The notes under the pieces are model-generated. The model made no database searches and was not told the DNA's origin. It saw nothing but the letters and a program-made list of their open reading frames with translations. DNA of 63,213 bases, counting the filler, from Choristocarpus tenellus KU-1152 (Eukaryota; Protista; Phaeophyceae): the NCBI GenBank assembly GCA_964200185.2. It is 14 parts of 14 records of this genome, joined end to end, with 100 filler letters (N's around TTAATTAATTAA, not from the genome) between each part and the next. Parts side by side here need not be neighbours in the genome. Positions count along the whole stretch, not along the records: positions 21,300 to 24,743 come from CAXNAD020019982.1; positions 24,844 to 27,774 come from CAXNAD020023568.1; positions 27,875 to 32,410 come from CAXNAD020014109.1; positions 32,511 to 36,064 come from CAXNAD020019300.1; positions 36,165 to 46,773 come from CAXNAD020002836.1; 9 more parts are not named here. One strand, given 5' to 3'. Shown piece by piece: positions 24,165 to 37,201 of this stretch. Position 1 is the first letter of the stretch; each line of letters starts with the position of its first letter. The position numbers were made by a program, and so were the translations under genes.

Positions 24165-24743
24165 GCTATGACACTCCCTATTTTGATGATATTGTAAGAC
24201 GCTTGTCTTGTTTGTTTGTATGTTCATGGTTCATAGAGAAGGTAAGCCTTTCCATGGCAGCACCCTACCTCTATGCGACTGTGAGGCAATTGTGTTGGTG
24301 TCCTATAGTTGTTTGTGTTTAGTTCTGAAGGGGAGAGTCTATGACAACACCCTATTTGAGTGCTATTGTAATTTTGCATTCATATTAATTTGTGTTAATA
24401 TTTGTGAGGGGGGAGATTCTTACTATGACACTCCCTATTTTTCTGAGTCTCTTGTTTGTATGTCCTTTGTTTATGCGTTGAGCAAGCCTTTATATGGCAG
24501 CACCCTACCTCAAGGCGACTTTGAGGCAATTGTATTGGTGTCCTATAGTTGCTTGTGTTTAGTTCTGAAGGGGGAGAATCTATGACAACACCCTATTTCA
24601 GTATTATTGTAATTTTGCATTCATATTCATTTGTGTTGATATTTTTGACGGGAGAGAGTCTTACTATGACACTCCCTATTTTTCTGAGTCTTTTGTATGT
24701 ATGTTCTTGTTTATGGGTTGAGCAAGCCTTTATATGGCAGGAC
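24165..24743 (+). repeat. Tandem repeat, ~240-257-bp unit, ~2.4 copies, runs into the gap
   Basis: CTATGACACTCCCTATTTT recurs at ~24166, 24423 and 24664. Confidence 0.85.
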
Positions 24744-24843
24744 NNNNNNNNNNNNNNNNNNNNNNNNNNNNNNNNNNNNNNNNNNNNTTAATTAATTAAN
24801 NNNNNNNNNNNNNNNNNNNNNNNNNNNNNNNNNNNNNNNNNNN

Positions 24844-24879
24844 GTGTAGACCCCCTCCCCCCCCCAGATACTTTGGGTC
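24844..24879 (-). mobile_element. MITE family A terminus at contig edge
   Basis: GTGTAGACCCCC...AGATACTTTGGGTC. Confidence 0.75.
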
Positions 24880-25208
24880 TGTGGCTATCGGACTTGTATA
24901 TCTTGCCTAATTACCTGGAGAAGATCTAATCGATTTTGATGTGCGTGTACCTGACCATCATAAAATGTATCTCGACCACACGAATGACACTCGCCACGAC
25001 CAACAGCCCTGCATATCCGAAAAATATATTGTTCTTGTTCTCTGAGACGCAGTTGTCGACCTGGCCAGTTTGGGGAGTTGGGAGCGAGGGAGGGATAGGC
25101 GTGAGGCCGATATGTCAGCCCATTTAGCCGCGTTTCGTGGAGGAACAGGGTGTGTTTCCAGTACTGCTAGAGCGCAAGCTCTACATCACCGCCATCATAC
25201 ATGCAGGT

Positions 25209-25464
25209 GGCGAAGAGTATCTTAGAGGGTACGAGTTTTGCCCTGTTTGTCCGTTTGGGGCTTGGCTTCCCATGGGTTTAATAGGACATTTTCATACTTC
25301 AAAATGTTTCAGTAGGTAAAATGTGTATGTTATGAAAAGGTGTGTCTAGAACATGGATATTGATACTTCCTAACAAACACGATGGCCAAATTTACATCGA
25401 AATCGCAACATTGGATTTTGGCCCCCAAAAGGACGTGGCTCTATCCTCCAAGATACTTTGGCTC
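25209..25464 (+). mobile_element. MITE family B, 4-bp TSD AGGT
   Basis: AGGT|GGCGAAGAGTATCT...AGATACTTTGGCTC|AGGT. Lies in an apparent intron of the Sola-like gene. Confidence 0.9.
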
Positions 25465-25567
25465 AGGTTGCAACGCACAAACCAAAACTAAAGAACGTGC
25501 AGTTAGTTACTTGGTGATCGATATTCAGCGAGTATGTGTTGAGTAGGTCGTGTCAAGATGAAACTTT

Positions 25568-25825
25568 GAGTGAAAGTATCATAGAGGGTACGAGTTTTGG
25601 CCTGTTTGTCCATTTGGGGCTTGGCTTCCCATGTTTTTTTTTAATGACATTTTCCTACTCCAAAATGTTTAGGAGTAGGTAAAATGTATGCACTATGAAA
25701 GGTGTGTCCGAAACATAGATATTGATACTTCCTAACAAATACGATAGCTAAATTACAACAAAATCGCAACATTGGATTTTGACCCCCAAATGGACGCGGC
25801 TCTACCCTCTAAGATACTTTGACTC
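25568..25825 (+). mobile_element. MITE family B
   Basis: GAGTGAAAGTATC...AGATACTTTGACTC with flanks CTTT/TTTC. Confidence 0.9.
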
Positions 25826-27711
25826 TTTCTTACCTGCCAATGCACGTGCTGGATGATGCAACTCCCTGCGTGATCGAGGCTGTTGTGGTACTTGTCGATA
25901 AGCCTTGTGAGGGCAAGGTGGGTGGCTGTGCAGGCAAGGTTACAACCTGTGTGAACGATGATGTCCATCGTTAGTTGGCAAATAGTACCATGCTTACTTA
26001 CGCATTGTTTAATTGGAGCTAAAAAGAGGGGTAATGGAATTTGTTTTCGCAATGTAGAGCAAATATAATGATCTTCGAAAATCTGCTAGGAGCGTCATTC
26101 TGTTCGGGTCTCGCCGCCGTTTGCAGAAGCGGCAAAGGAGGCGAATCTACTATCATCATCATCATCATCGCGAAGCGCTCTAGACATACGAAGTACACAA
26201 TTTTGCTACCAATGTCAGACCGGGCCCAGGGCCGCAGAGTAGGTGTACACGGCGTTGCAATAACAGTTATTGTGTCTTCCTTCGTAAAAGCGACGAAGAG
26301 TATCATCATCAACATTGTAGTCTCGACATAGCAAACGAAAAAAATAGCCCTTGGTACGAATCTTCACATGTTCTTTTAACCATAACATCAGACCGGTTAA
26401 AGTAATAAACATCCACCACTAGAAATACTACTTCGATCCACTTCTTCTACGTACTGCTGGGTCACACGGTTTGGAACTAACTCCAACACAGGGTGCGGCC
26501 AACATCTCCACAACCAAGGGCAAAACCTACCTCTTTGTTGGCAGCGTAGATCACAATTGTGGACTTGTGAGGCATGAACTGACCGTATGTATTAGCCCAC
26601 TAGTCTATCCAGGACATCACCAGGTCTCGTTTCGAAGCCATGTCCTTATCTTTGTTTGTGCCGTTCCTGTTGTAGTAGCGCACGTATGTATATAAATGGA
26701 TGGGAGATGTGTTGGAGGTGGATACAAGGGACGGGGGATGGATCCTAGAGGGATCGTATGCCAGCAGCGGATCTCTAATTCTGTATATATTTACGTGTGG
26801 TAACTGCTGCAGCAGCGCGGGGACGGCCGGATGAGACGATATTTGGGCAGCATAAAAAAACATATCTCACGTGTATATACGCACATAGGTAACACATAAC
26901 TCCACGCTGGAGGGATCTCTAACTTTGTATATCAGACATCTAGGCGTGGTCACTGCAAAGTGAATGTGGTGAGTACGGTCGGATGACATTGTTCTGTGAT
27001 AGGACTACTGTTCAATCATCAAGCAGGGGGGAGAATATACCGGGTACAAATAACACTGTGTACATACATCAAACCCACCTCTCCACTCTGGTGGATGCTC
27101 TTGCGTTAGGTGTGCCTTTGCAAGCGTCGATGACATGATTGGATATTCCGAACGATGCCTTGAAAAACTGCATACAGACGGGAATGCCGGCCTCAAGCAT
27201 AGATCCCCGCCTCCAGGTCCCAATTTTATCGCAGGTACACAGTCGCCAACAAAGGGCTTGCGATCGCGGCGGTTCTCACACGCCCGGATGATGTCCTGCT
27301 CTTTGGCCAACGTGCGTGCAAGGATGGACTCGCTATCTGCCGCGAACTTCTTCACACAGGCTAAGCGCTTGCAGCAGTCACCCTGTTCATTGACTGGGAT
27401 GGGTTCAGCCCATCCTCAGCGAAGCTTGGCGCCGGTCGCTGAAGCGTCATTGGTAGAAAGCTCCAGCGCATCATTGTTGGCGGGCTGGTGGGGGGGCAAC
27501 ACAGGGGGAGATGCAGGCGACCAGAGCCACCCCCTTGCTGAGGAAGCAACTGCCATGGTGTTTTCGGGCAACAGGCGGTCTTGGGCAATGAGAAGGTCTA
27601 GGAGTGATTAGATTCGAAGGCGGGCGTATGAACTTTGTTTGAGCTCCGGGCCATCTGTGGGACCACCCTGAGATCCATGATCCTGAAAATCCGTGTATTA
27701 CGTTTTTAGGA

Positions 27712-27774
27712 GACCCAAAGTATCTGGGGGGGGGAGGGGGCCTACACCAGGGTTTCCAACTGGGCCAAAACCAG
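27712..27774 (+). mobile_element. MITE family A, partial at contig edge
   Basis: GACCCAAAGTATCT-G tract-CCTACACCAGGG. Confidence 0.8.
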
Positions 27775-28104
27775 NNNNNNNNNNNNNNNNNNNNNNNNNN
27801 NNNNNNNNNNNNNNNNNNTTAATTAATTAANNNNNNNNNNNNNNNNNNNNNNNNNNNNNNNNNNNNNNNNNNNNCCCCTCATGTCTTGTGTGCAAATTCT
27901 CCCTTCTGTGCTTGATCCTGTGTTGATGGTGATGTGTAGTTGGTCATTCTTGTACGGTGCAGATGTTAATGATCAGGGTGAGCCAGGCTAGAAGTACCTC
28001 TGGAGTAGATCATGTCTTTGAACTCCTCCTCAGGGACATCTCTTACCCCTCCCCCTGACCATATCTGTCACCCCTATTGTTTCAACCATCCCTCATGGTC
28101 ATAG

Positions 28105-31100
28105 GAACGCCGGAAACGACAGCGTAGGCAGGCGGTGGACTACAAGGAAGCAGTTCTTGGTGCGGTGCTTGGAGCGAAGGAGAGGTGGGTGGGGGAGGGG
28201 AGGGAAGGCAAGGTGGGGGAATGTTTTTCTTTGGCAGTGGTCAGACTGATTAGCAAGAATATTTGATTTGTAGTCTGCCGTGGCCCTTATTGACACCATG
28301 CTTAGAGTGGTTCCAGGGACAGGCAAAGACAAAGGCAAAGGCATTGGGCTACTAGATGGACATCTGGAAGTGATGTAAACGAAGGAGATGTAGGGTGCAC
28401 ATGGCGGTGTTGGTATGGTATTGGTGTTGTCATTGATTCCATCAAGAATATGTCCCGTTGTTTATCTCCAAGTATGGCCTCTCCTTTGAATGGAATTATG
28501 TTTTTTTTCATGTGTTTTTCAAGGTACTTGTAGGTATCCAATACCAGATGTTATCACCTTCACTAAAAACTCTTTTTTAATACAGCAAAGCAATTTTGTG
28601 ACGTTGGCACCGAAAAAACATTTTCACCCTCCCCTACCAAGTGTTATCATCAGTATGCACAAATCAACCGGGACACATACAACAATATGTCTCAACACAC
28701 CCACCAAAATGTACACCAAACACTAAACTGGGAGTGCATAGATGTGCTTGACAGGAGGCATCTGTCAGCTTTGCCTACTTCCCCCAAACGTGTGAGTTTT
28801 CTGTAAACAACAGTGTTTCATTAGGATTTCCAGTATATCCATGACAAAATCTGGGAGAGGCCGAGAGGGAACGAAATTAGGAATCTCTACAATGTAGTTT
28901 TCTAGGCCCCCAAAATAATTTTCCCACCCAAATTCCCGGCCACAGACATTCAGATGCTCGAACCCAGCAAGAACAAGTTACACCTGACATCATTGGAAAG
29001 ATGATCTAAGTTCTGATGCCCAACTACACAGCCCCATGTAATATGTGGTGCTGACCCTGAAAAATGCTGAGTGGACTGGTGTGGGTTTGGAGTAGCATTT
29101 GAGGAAGAATCTATGGCATGACCCTAACCCTTTCCCTATGCGTTCATTTTTTGTTGTTGTTGTCTGATTCATGCAAGAAGTATTGTTCCCCCCTTCCCGA
29201 CATTGATGTAGACTCGATTAGATTCTGTGGGGAGATGTTCTTGTGTGAATTCCATGTTCCTTTTCTGGCATGTTCCTCCGCTCCCTGACTCTCTGCCCCA
29301 AAGAGGCTGCTTGTCCTTCTCTTTGCCTCCATTCCATTCTTGTATCCTCTCAGTTGCTGTTATGCCTCACAGTTTCTGGGTTATTCGATTAATTAAATCC
29401 TCCATACTCCTTCTTTTGTCCTTTGTCTTCGCGAGTCATGTTACCATTGAAGGTGTATGTGACATGGCATGGGCATTACTCTCAAGTAGGAATATTCTAT
29501 TTGTTGCATACCAGCCTGTAGGCTACGTCCTTCCCCTATCCCGTTGATCTCACTATTAGCAATCATGTGCCCCAGGCGACAGAAAGAACTGGCTGTACTC
29601 CGTGACCGGTTGGGTACCCTGGCAGTGGGTGGGGAAAATCGAGGGAAATCTCCCCCCTTGCCCCCCCCCAAGAACGGGCAGTCATCTTCTGGACAGGGTC
29701 CTCCACAAGAAGGAGATCAGTGGATGCAGGAGGACCAGCAGTGGCAGGAAGACGAGGTTAAGCAGTTGCCGTCTCAGCAGCAGCAGCTGCAGCAGTTGTC
29801 CAAACAAAGGAAGAGGAGGGAGGAGGTATGGGAATGAATTCGTACGAACCTCTGGAAGTGAGGGCGCTTCCTTAATGCTTGAATGTTGAAATGCAATACT
29901 TGCGTTGGTTTTGAAAATGGTGACGATTCAGGAGAGGAATGACTGATAGAGGAAGGGATGCATGCGCTACAACCATAGTTTAAAATTTTTCAGTAACAAA
30001 GGTTTGAATAGGGAGGGATCGTGGTGATTTTTGTGATAAGCGAAGCTTTCGCGCGATGTGTGAGGTTTTTGTTTGAGTCTGCGTGCTCCTGCCAAATTTG
30101 TTTCAGGTCGGTAAGTATCCTTTGCCCTCCGCACCCACCCTCCATCACTCCCCTGTGCCTTAACCTACCCTTGCCCCTTATATTCATTCGTACCTCTCAG
30201 GCTATTCCTGAAAGCCCGACAGCATTCCGGCAAGAGAACGGGGACAGCAACTCTATTGTAGAAATTGACATGAAGGATGAGGGTGAAGGGGGGGAAGGGG
30301 GGGAAGGGGGGGAGGGGGGGACGGGGGCAATAAAAATGGAACTGGAGGGGGGGGAAGACGAGACTCAAGGAATAGAGGAGAATGATGGCGTAATAGCTGA
30401 AAGCACAATGGGAGAGGAGGAGATAGGGGAAGAGGAAGAGGAGGCGATGGAGGAAACAAGGGCCAGAGCTGAGGAAGAAGACCGGTGAGATGCTCAGATG
30501 TTTTCCAGTGAAAATTTATTTTCTTTGCGCAGCTTGGGATCCAGCGAAGAGAGTCCTGATCCTGGATGTTTTTTAAGCTCATTGGTTTTGTTCTTGGTCA
30601 TACTTGACTGCAATGCTGTATATATTGAGTCGGTTTTTGTCTCAAGGTGCAGAGTTCCATCTTCAACGAGATTCTGTCCACACTGGACTTTGCGCTCTGC
30701 GCTCTGCAGTGCACTGGATGTATGTGTCTTGTCACTCTTTCTCCTGTATGTGTTTCAAATGGGAGGGTTTTAAAAACAGATGTAAGTTGCTCTTTCTTAC
30801 ATCAGTGATACTGATGTAGTATGAGTTTGCAGCCACTTGTTTTTGACTAGATTTTAAAATCTTGTTTGAATGATAGGGAATAGTTTCGAGAAGAAATGGT
30901 GAAAAGCACAGATTCAATATTTCCTACAACTGAAGCAGCTCTAGGATGTTCACAGCACAGCCTAATCACCATCATCATGGACTCAAACTTCATACCTTTT
31001 TTTGTGTGCAAGTGCCCCTTGCATTGTTTGAAGTGGCCATGGCAAGTTCAATCAACCATAGTTTCTGTATCCATATTCCTATCATGCTTTTCCCCAAAAT

Positions 31101-32331
31101 CCAACCTTACGTGGTACTGCTCATCAGTGCCGACAACATGTGTGAAGGTGATCTAATTTCGGCTGGTATTCGCTTGGAACTTTTAATCGGAATAGGTTAT
31201 TGTTGCCATGTAAAAAATGTTCCCAGTGATGGGTATTATGGTGTAAGCGGACAAAGTATACCTTAGTACATCAACAGTTCTGGTCAAAGTTATTACATCC
31301 TGCCAACCAACGTGATTGTTGTTGTAACTGTTACTATTACTACAAGGATGGCTGTTTGACCCCCTCTCATACCTGTCCTAAATACTGTTCCTACTTAGCC
31401 ACCTTTCATGCCCTAATCCCATATCCCATTATATATTGAAGCAGGAGAATATTGCAAGCTGCGCGTAGAAATGGCGTGGGGGGAGGGCAGGGTATAGCTG
31501 TGGTGCAGTCAAACAAGATCCATGGGGAGGGGAGGGAAGAGGCCTCAACAGCACTGGATCATGGTGCATTAGATAGCAAAGTACGGACTGGGGTCTCTGT
31601 GCAGCTGGATGCTGGAAGTGAAGGGACTGAATCTGCGTCTAAAGGTCAGGCTGACACAGAGGTGAAGATAGAGACTCACGCTGTGAAAGTGAAAGCAGAA
31701 CCGCAGGCCAAAGCAGAAACGCAAGCCAGGGCAGTGGCAGATGCTCAGGCAGTAGGAGATGTACAATCCAAGGCAGATGCACAAGCTAAGGCAGAGTCAG
31801 AGGAGCAACCCAAAGCTGAGACAGAGGCACTAGTCAAAGCAAAGTTACAGGTCAGAGAAGAGGCACAGGCCAGAACAGCTCAGACTAGAGCAGAACCACA
31901 GACTAAGGAAGAGGCCCAGGCCCAGGTGCTAGCGCAGACTCAGGCTCAGGCACAGGCGCTTTCGAAGGCTCAACCAATGGAAGCGCGAGCAAAGGAGGTG
32001 CAGGCCTTATTCCAGGCACAGGCATTGGCGAAGGCTCAGGCTCAGGCGGAGGAAACTTGGGCTAAAGAAGCTAAGGCAGAGGGCCAGACCCAGGCCCAGG
32101 CCCAGGCACAGCTGCAGGTAGAGGAAGCTCAGGTTAACGAAGCTCAGGCACAGGCCCAGGCTCAGGCTCAGGCAGAGGCGCAGGCCCGTCGTGCCCAGGC
32201 GCAGTCACAGGCCCATGCCCAGGCAAAGGTGCAGGCCCGGGTGCGGGCACGGTCACAGGCACAGGCACAGGCGCAGGCACAGACACAGGAACAGACACAG
32301 GCACAGGCACAGTCTCAGTCTCAGTCTCAGT

Positions 32332-32368
<37 letters not shown>

Positions 32369-32410
32369 TCGGGCTTGGGCTCAGGCACAGGCACAGGCTC
32401 AGGCACAGGC
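28105..32410 (+). CDS. Internal exons of an uncharacterised low-complexity protein ending in a long AQ-repeat tract
   Basis: Exons 28105-28184, 29576-29825, 30201-30484 and 31445 to the gap at 32410 have GT/AG sites and mutually compatible phases (2, 0, 2). The last exon is open for more than 320 codons and is A/Q/E/K-rich. Confidence 0.72.
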
Positions 32411-32510
32411 NNNNNNNNNNNNNNNNNNNNNNNNNNNNNNNNNNNNNNNNNNNNTTAATTAATTAANNNNNNNNNNNNNNNNNNNNNNNNNNNNNNNNNN
32501 NNNNNNNNNN

Positions 32511-32715
32511 CGGTTTCCCATGGGTGTTTTTATGACATTTTCCTACTCCAATATGTTTAGGAGTAGGTAAAATGTTTATGTTACGAAAAGGTGTGTCCGA
32601 AACACAGACATTGACACTTCCTAACAAACACAATAGCCAAAACTACATCAAAATCGTAATATTGGATTTTGACCCCCAAATGGACGCAGCTCTACCCTCT
32701 AAGATACTGTGGCTC
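32511..32715 (+). mobile_element. MITE family B, partial at contig edge
   Basis: Matches 19610-19816 and ends AGATACTGTGGCTC. Confidence 0.85.
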
Positions 32716-32850
32716 AGTTTGGCAATAGAGCTTCGATGTTGGGGACATTGCACATTGACTGTGGGAGATTCAAACAGCGAAACAAAGTTCTAGAGTTACG
32801 GAGTTACTATATAGCACATGTGTTAGACATTCAATGAACCAAACCAACTT

Positions 32851-33050
32851 AGAGGTAGGGAGGGTTGGCAATTTAAGGATTCCGAGAAAGAGCGAAAATA
32901 TGCCGTTTTGTACAATTAATTGCAGAGAGAGCAATTTCTGAATTGAGGCGTTGCTTTGTGTGTGGAAAGAGGAATGTTATTTTGCGTATTTTGCGTAAAC
33001 TATTGTGGACAAAAAGCATTGAAATAGAGTGTATTCCACATTGCTTAGAA
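32851..33050 (+). mobile_element. One arm of the long-TIR element family seen at 9794-10233
   Basis: AGAGGTAGGGAGGGTTGGCAATTTAAGGATTCC...CTTTGTGTGTGGAAA...GAAATAGAGTGTA aligns with 9795-9975. Confidence 0.65.
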
Positions 33051-35029
33051 TACAAAATGTTGTTTTGGAGTGTGTACCGAAACGCTAAGAGATTTTTGTT
33101 GGGAATGCCTTTGTGAAAACAGGTAGCACGTTAATAGTACCCTGATGGAGGAGAACTACCTCTGCACTCTCACTGTATGGGATGTTGAGCAAAATGACAA
33201 TGTGCGAAGAACGATATAGCAAGAGCTCATGAGAAGACGCAAGACTTTTATTCATTCTGTAGGGAGATGGGTGGGGAAATATTTTACAGTGAGTGACAAT
33301 GCTACAGCATTTAGAATAAACACTGCTTATTGACAATATATTACACATGTCGACTTGATCAACAAAAAGGAAGCAGATTGAATGAGACATTTGATGAGGG
33401 GAACGTCTGGCGTGTGACAGACAAGAGTGGGTGAGATGACAGAGGAATGTACAATAGAGGAACTCCTTCTTTTGCACAAGGGCTGAGAAAGGTAATCAAT
33501 GGCACTACAAAGTGAGTGGAAGGGTACAAGCATTGTCCATGAACTACCCCGACGTTTTCAGTTACATTGTGAATATATGGAGTGAAAACAATTCAGTAAC
33601 GGTTATGTCCTTCAAATCGTAGAACAGACAGCGCTGGAAAGTTGTTGCACAATTATCAAATAACCTGAAGACTACGATAATGGTACGCGATTCAAAGGTC
33701 CACATCACGTGATGGCGTACACAAATATCTGGAGTATCTTGAAACACAATCTTAGCGCAAGGTTCTCTGTATTGTGTATTAAAATCAGTATGATGTGCCG
33801 GTAATATATAATATCATCATCGCTGGTCCGTAAACGTAGGCTGGGTATCATAATGTGTGCACATGTCGAATAGTAGCTTAGGCTAAATCTATCGTCTGGA
33901 GGATGTTTTGTATATATTGCGTCTATTGACAGCAGGTGGAGACCATCAACACTCCCTGCTACCCTCGTCAACTACCCTGTGATTGCAAGTGTGTGAAGCA
34001 TAGAAGGTCACAATCAATCGGTTAGGATTCAAATTGCAGTCGACCAAAATGAAGTCAAACCCTTTTATTGTCGATAGGAGGAATAGGTAGATAGCTGCGT
34101 AATTTGTAGTTGTACGTTTGCCGAGGAACAATACTCATTTAGTGTTTGGTGTTCGTTATGTTCTCTTCTAAATACTGCAGGCTCTGCTCTTGTTGTATTT
34201 CTGAGTTCATTCTCTTACATATTCTTGTTTTATGTTCTTCTCCCCCCCCCTCATAACTTCTGTAAAATGTTGTTGTACATCATCAGTATATAAACATGTC
34301 CATATGTATGCTTCGTATACTTCGAAGCATAAAATTAATTTTGGACTTCATACACCCCACCTCGACTGCTCTGCCAGTTGTGAAGTAATCGACTATGATG
34401 TGACGTATATATGGTATCTGTGAAGACACCATATATTATCTTGTGAATATTTCCTTTGAGCTTTAATGAGTACCGAACAGTGAGTGATGGCAGCACACAA
34501 TGAATGGTAAGTGAACTGCAATGCTTTAGATGAAATGGTGGACTGTATTCTTTGTCAATAGATGGAAGGATGTATACAATATTAAATTAATCGCTTACCC
34601 CTCTCTTCCTGACAGTACACTGAAAAAAGTTCCATATGATCCGTATTCCTTCGCTCAACCTTTGGGTGCACAGGTCCTTACAGTTTGCCCTCTCCCCTTA
34701 CGATACCCTAATTCACTAACGATCCAATTTCAATGCTCTGCAACAGCACATGAGTTTCCACTCCAGTTCCAGATGATCCTGGTGCATTCATCAGCTAAAT
34801 TCATTTCTTCATTTTATCAAATGGTGCCGTAATTGACTTCAGAGAGGATCTATGTGGGTAAGGAGAGAGTACGAAAAATGTCCCTCTTTTTGCTACATGA
34901 TTTTATTACTCCTATCATAGCGGGAAGAGAAGACGGTGCAGGTTGGATTGCACATGGGTGGGTGAAAGGATCTGCTGGGTTGAAAGATAACAACGCCAAG
35001 AACAACGTGGATGGGGAATGTGCAAGGAC

Positions 35030-35730
35030 ACTAGAGAGAAAGTGGCTGGCAAATCGTTAAGAGACCGTTCAGGCGATGTTCATTTCCAGGCAGAACGTGA
35101 AGTTTTGGGAAAATGCGCACTATTGTGCCAGTAAGGACAGTGGAGATCAACAACACCACACTACACTCAAAATACCTGCGAAAGTTTGCGGAGGAGATAT
35201 AAGCTACAGTGAGTGAGTTTGGGATCATGAGGGGGTCATACTTGTGTGCGAAGGGGTCATCGCAATGGCATGCACCCAAGACTCTCTTAGTGATACTACC
35301 CCACTATTCTTGCAGACTCTTTACCTATTGTGACTGCTGCATATGAGGAAATGAGCCGAACGCAGCATAGACATCAATGGCACAAATAACTGTGTGATTG
35401 CAAGACAAATACTGCCGATTCTTCTTGTACCTCTTTGCACATTGCATTATGTATGATGTGGGTGGGAAAGAGAGTACACTACCCAACTGCATGTACAACG
35501 AATGAACTGTGTGCAGTGATGTGAGTGGAGAACATTAGCTACATAGAACAGGTGTATGAGAGAGATACAACACGCATGTAAATAACGCAACCAGCTGTAG
35601 TTCGGTAGAAATAGTTGCAAGGAGGGGGTTGGTGCATCATTCCTTTATTGGCACAGAAGAGGAAAGGTGTTTCAAAGGCAAAGACGGCCAAAGATTATGA
35701 TACATGCCTGGGAAGTTCTTTTTTGTACCT
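35030..35730 (-). pseudogene. Possible second, highly decayed Sola-like transposase fragment
   Basis: Weak ordered motifs: KRYKKNRQY...VICAIDVYAAFGSFPH, then LHVLPGNEHRLNGL, resembling the iD...P and LPGH.H...D segments. Confidence 0.3.
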
Positions 35731-36164
35731 TGTGTCATACATATGCACGAGTTGTCACATTCTACTACAGATGTTCACGTGTTTCTGAGGTCAACGACAA
35801 ACCCCGAAAATCCCAATTTTTATTTTTCCCTTTCTCCTTGTATGGCACAGCTCACTCATTTTGGTCCAGTCAAGAGAACCAGGGGACAGCAGCCCTATTC
35901 CAAATTTGTGCATAGTGAGGTGATGGTGTGGAGAGCAAATGTGCGATGCATGCTATTTCTGTCTCTTTTGTGATTAGTGGGGTTGCAGGATCATTGGGGG
36001 TAGGGATATTGAATGCTACATGTTGACCAGAGCATAAAACAGAGGATTTTCAAAATTGGGGATGNNNNNNNNNNNNNNNNNNNNNNNNNNNNNNNNNNNN
36101 NNNNNNNNTTAATTAATTAANNNNNNNNNNNNNNNNNNNNNNNNNNNNNNNNNNNNNNNNNNNN

Positions 36165-36200
<36 letters not shown>

Positions 36201-36213
36201 GATACTTTGACCC
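36165..36213. mobile_element. MITE family A-type terminus at contig edge
   Basis: Poly-C followed by AAGATACTTTGACCC. Confidence 0.65.
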
Positions 36214-37201
36214 TTCAACTGATACAATACCATACAATAATAGTGTGAGAGGATCGCAGACTTGAAAAGATATAGGTGAAAGAAGATAGTTATATAGAGT
36301 AGTAGTAGTAGTAGTAGGAGTAGTAGTGGTGAAGAAAAGATAATAAGGGCCATAAAGAAAAATAAAACCTTGGAAGAAATTTAAAAGAAGAATGAAGAGG
36401 AAGAATATAACCCATATATCAAAAACGCCATAACTCAATAAACATACAAGGATGAGAACGAAGTGAGTGAACAAAGGATAAGTCCGCAAAGAACGGCTGA
36501 TATGTCATCGCAATCACTTTCAATACCCCATATATATGCGTGTTGCTTTTGTGTTGTGTGTAGGGTTCGATGTCCTAACCCTCTTCACTTTTTGTTCATC
36601 CCTCGAAGATTGTTATTTCGATAGAATTAGTTCCACTACCCCACACACGCTTTTTTTAGTGAGTGGGTTTCAATATAATGTCCCAACCCTATTAGCTCTC
36701 TCTCTCCTCCCTCCACCCACAGTGAATCTTCTCCCCAACCGCCCAGATCATCCCTGTCCTATTCTGTGATTTGGGACAAAATAGTATGGAAGAGATGTAT
36801 CTCTCAAACCCACATGCCACATTATAACATGTACCCATCAAGGTCAAGTCTTCTGCGAGGAAAATGTGGTTGCACATCAGGTTCGAACCCCGGCATTATT
36901 GTGGCGATATGGGGACCACCATTTCATAGAAGTGAGAAAAAACAATAATCCCGCCAATCACCAATTTACAATTTCATCATCTAACAGTAATCCTACAAAC
37001 TTACATCTTGAGAAAGAAGTGAGAATACAAGAACAAATGATCTTGAGGTTTAGAGGCGAATTGGTCATAATATGGTGGTCTACTATGATCGAATTGTATT
37101 TCAGTTGCATTAGAACTCTCTACACATGACATTATAATATATAGAACATAGAAATAGATAATCAGTATGGAATATAGATTATTGCTGTGCAACTTTGGTA
37201 G

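Larger units (their letters stand above)
24915..27556 (-). pseudogene. Degenerate, intron-containing Sola-like (DUF7869-type) DDD transposase
   Basis: In order on the minus strand: ATG at 27556; DCCKRLACVKKF; SWID*WANTYGQFMP; WLKEHVKIRTKGYFF; LERFA; DIIVHTG; and QVDNCVSENKNNIFFGYAGLLV...HFMMVRYTHIKID*IFS, which matches the DNC..ENKN...VGHTH..IDQ.FS signature. Contains stops and frameshifts. Confidence 0.8.

Noticed and set aside
25205-25468. MITE with AGGT duplication forming a perfect GT...AG intron (introner-like)
   Set aside because: No credible plus-strand coding exon flanks it, the host gene is on the minus strand, and other copies have different TSDs.
32134-32406. PEPEPE ORF on the minus strand and HR-repeat ORF
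   Set aside because: Shadow frames of the AQ-repeat exon.
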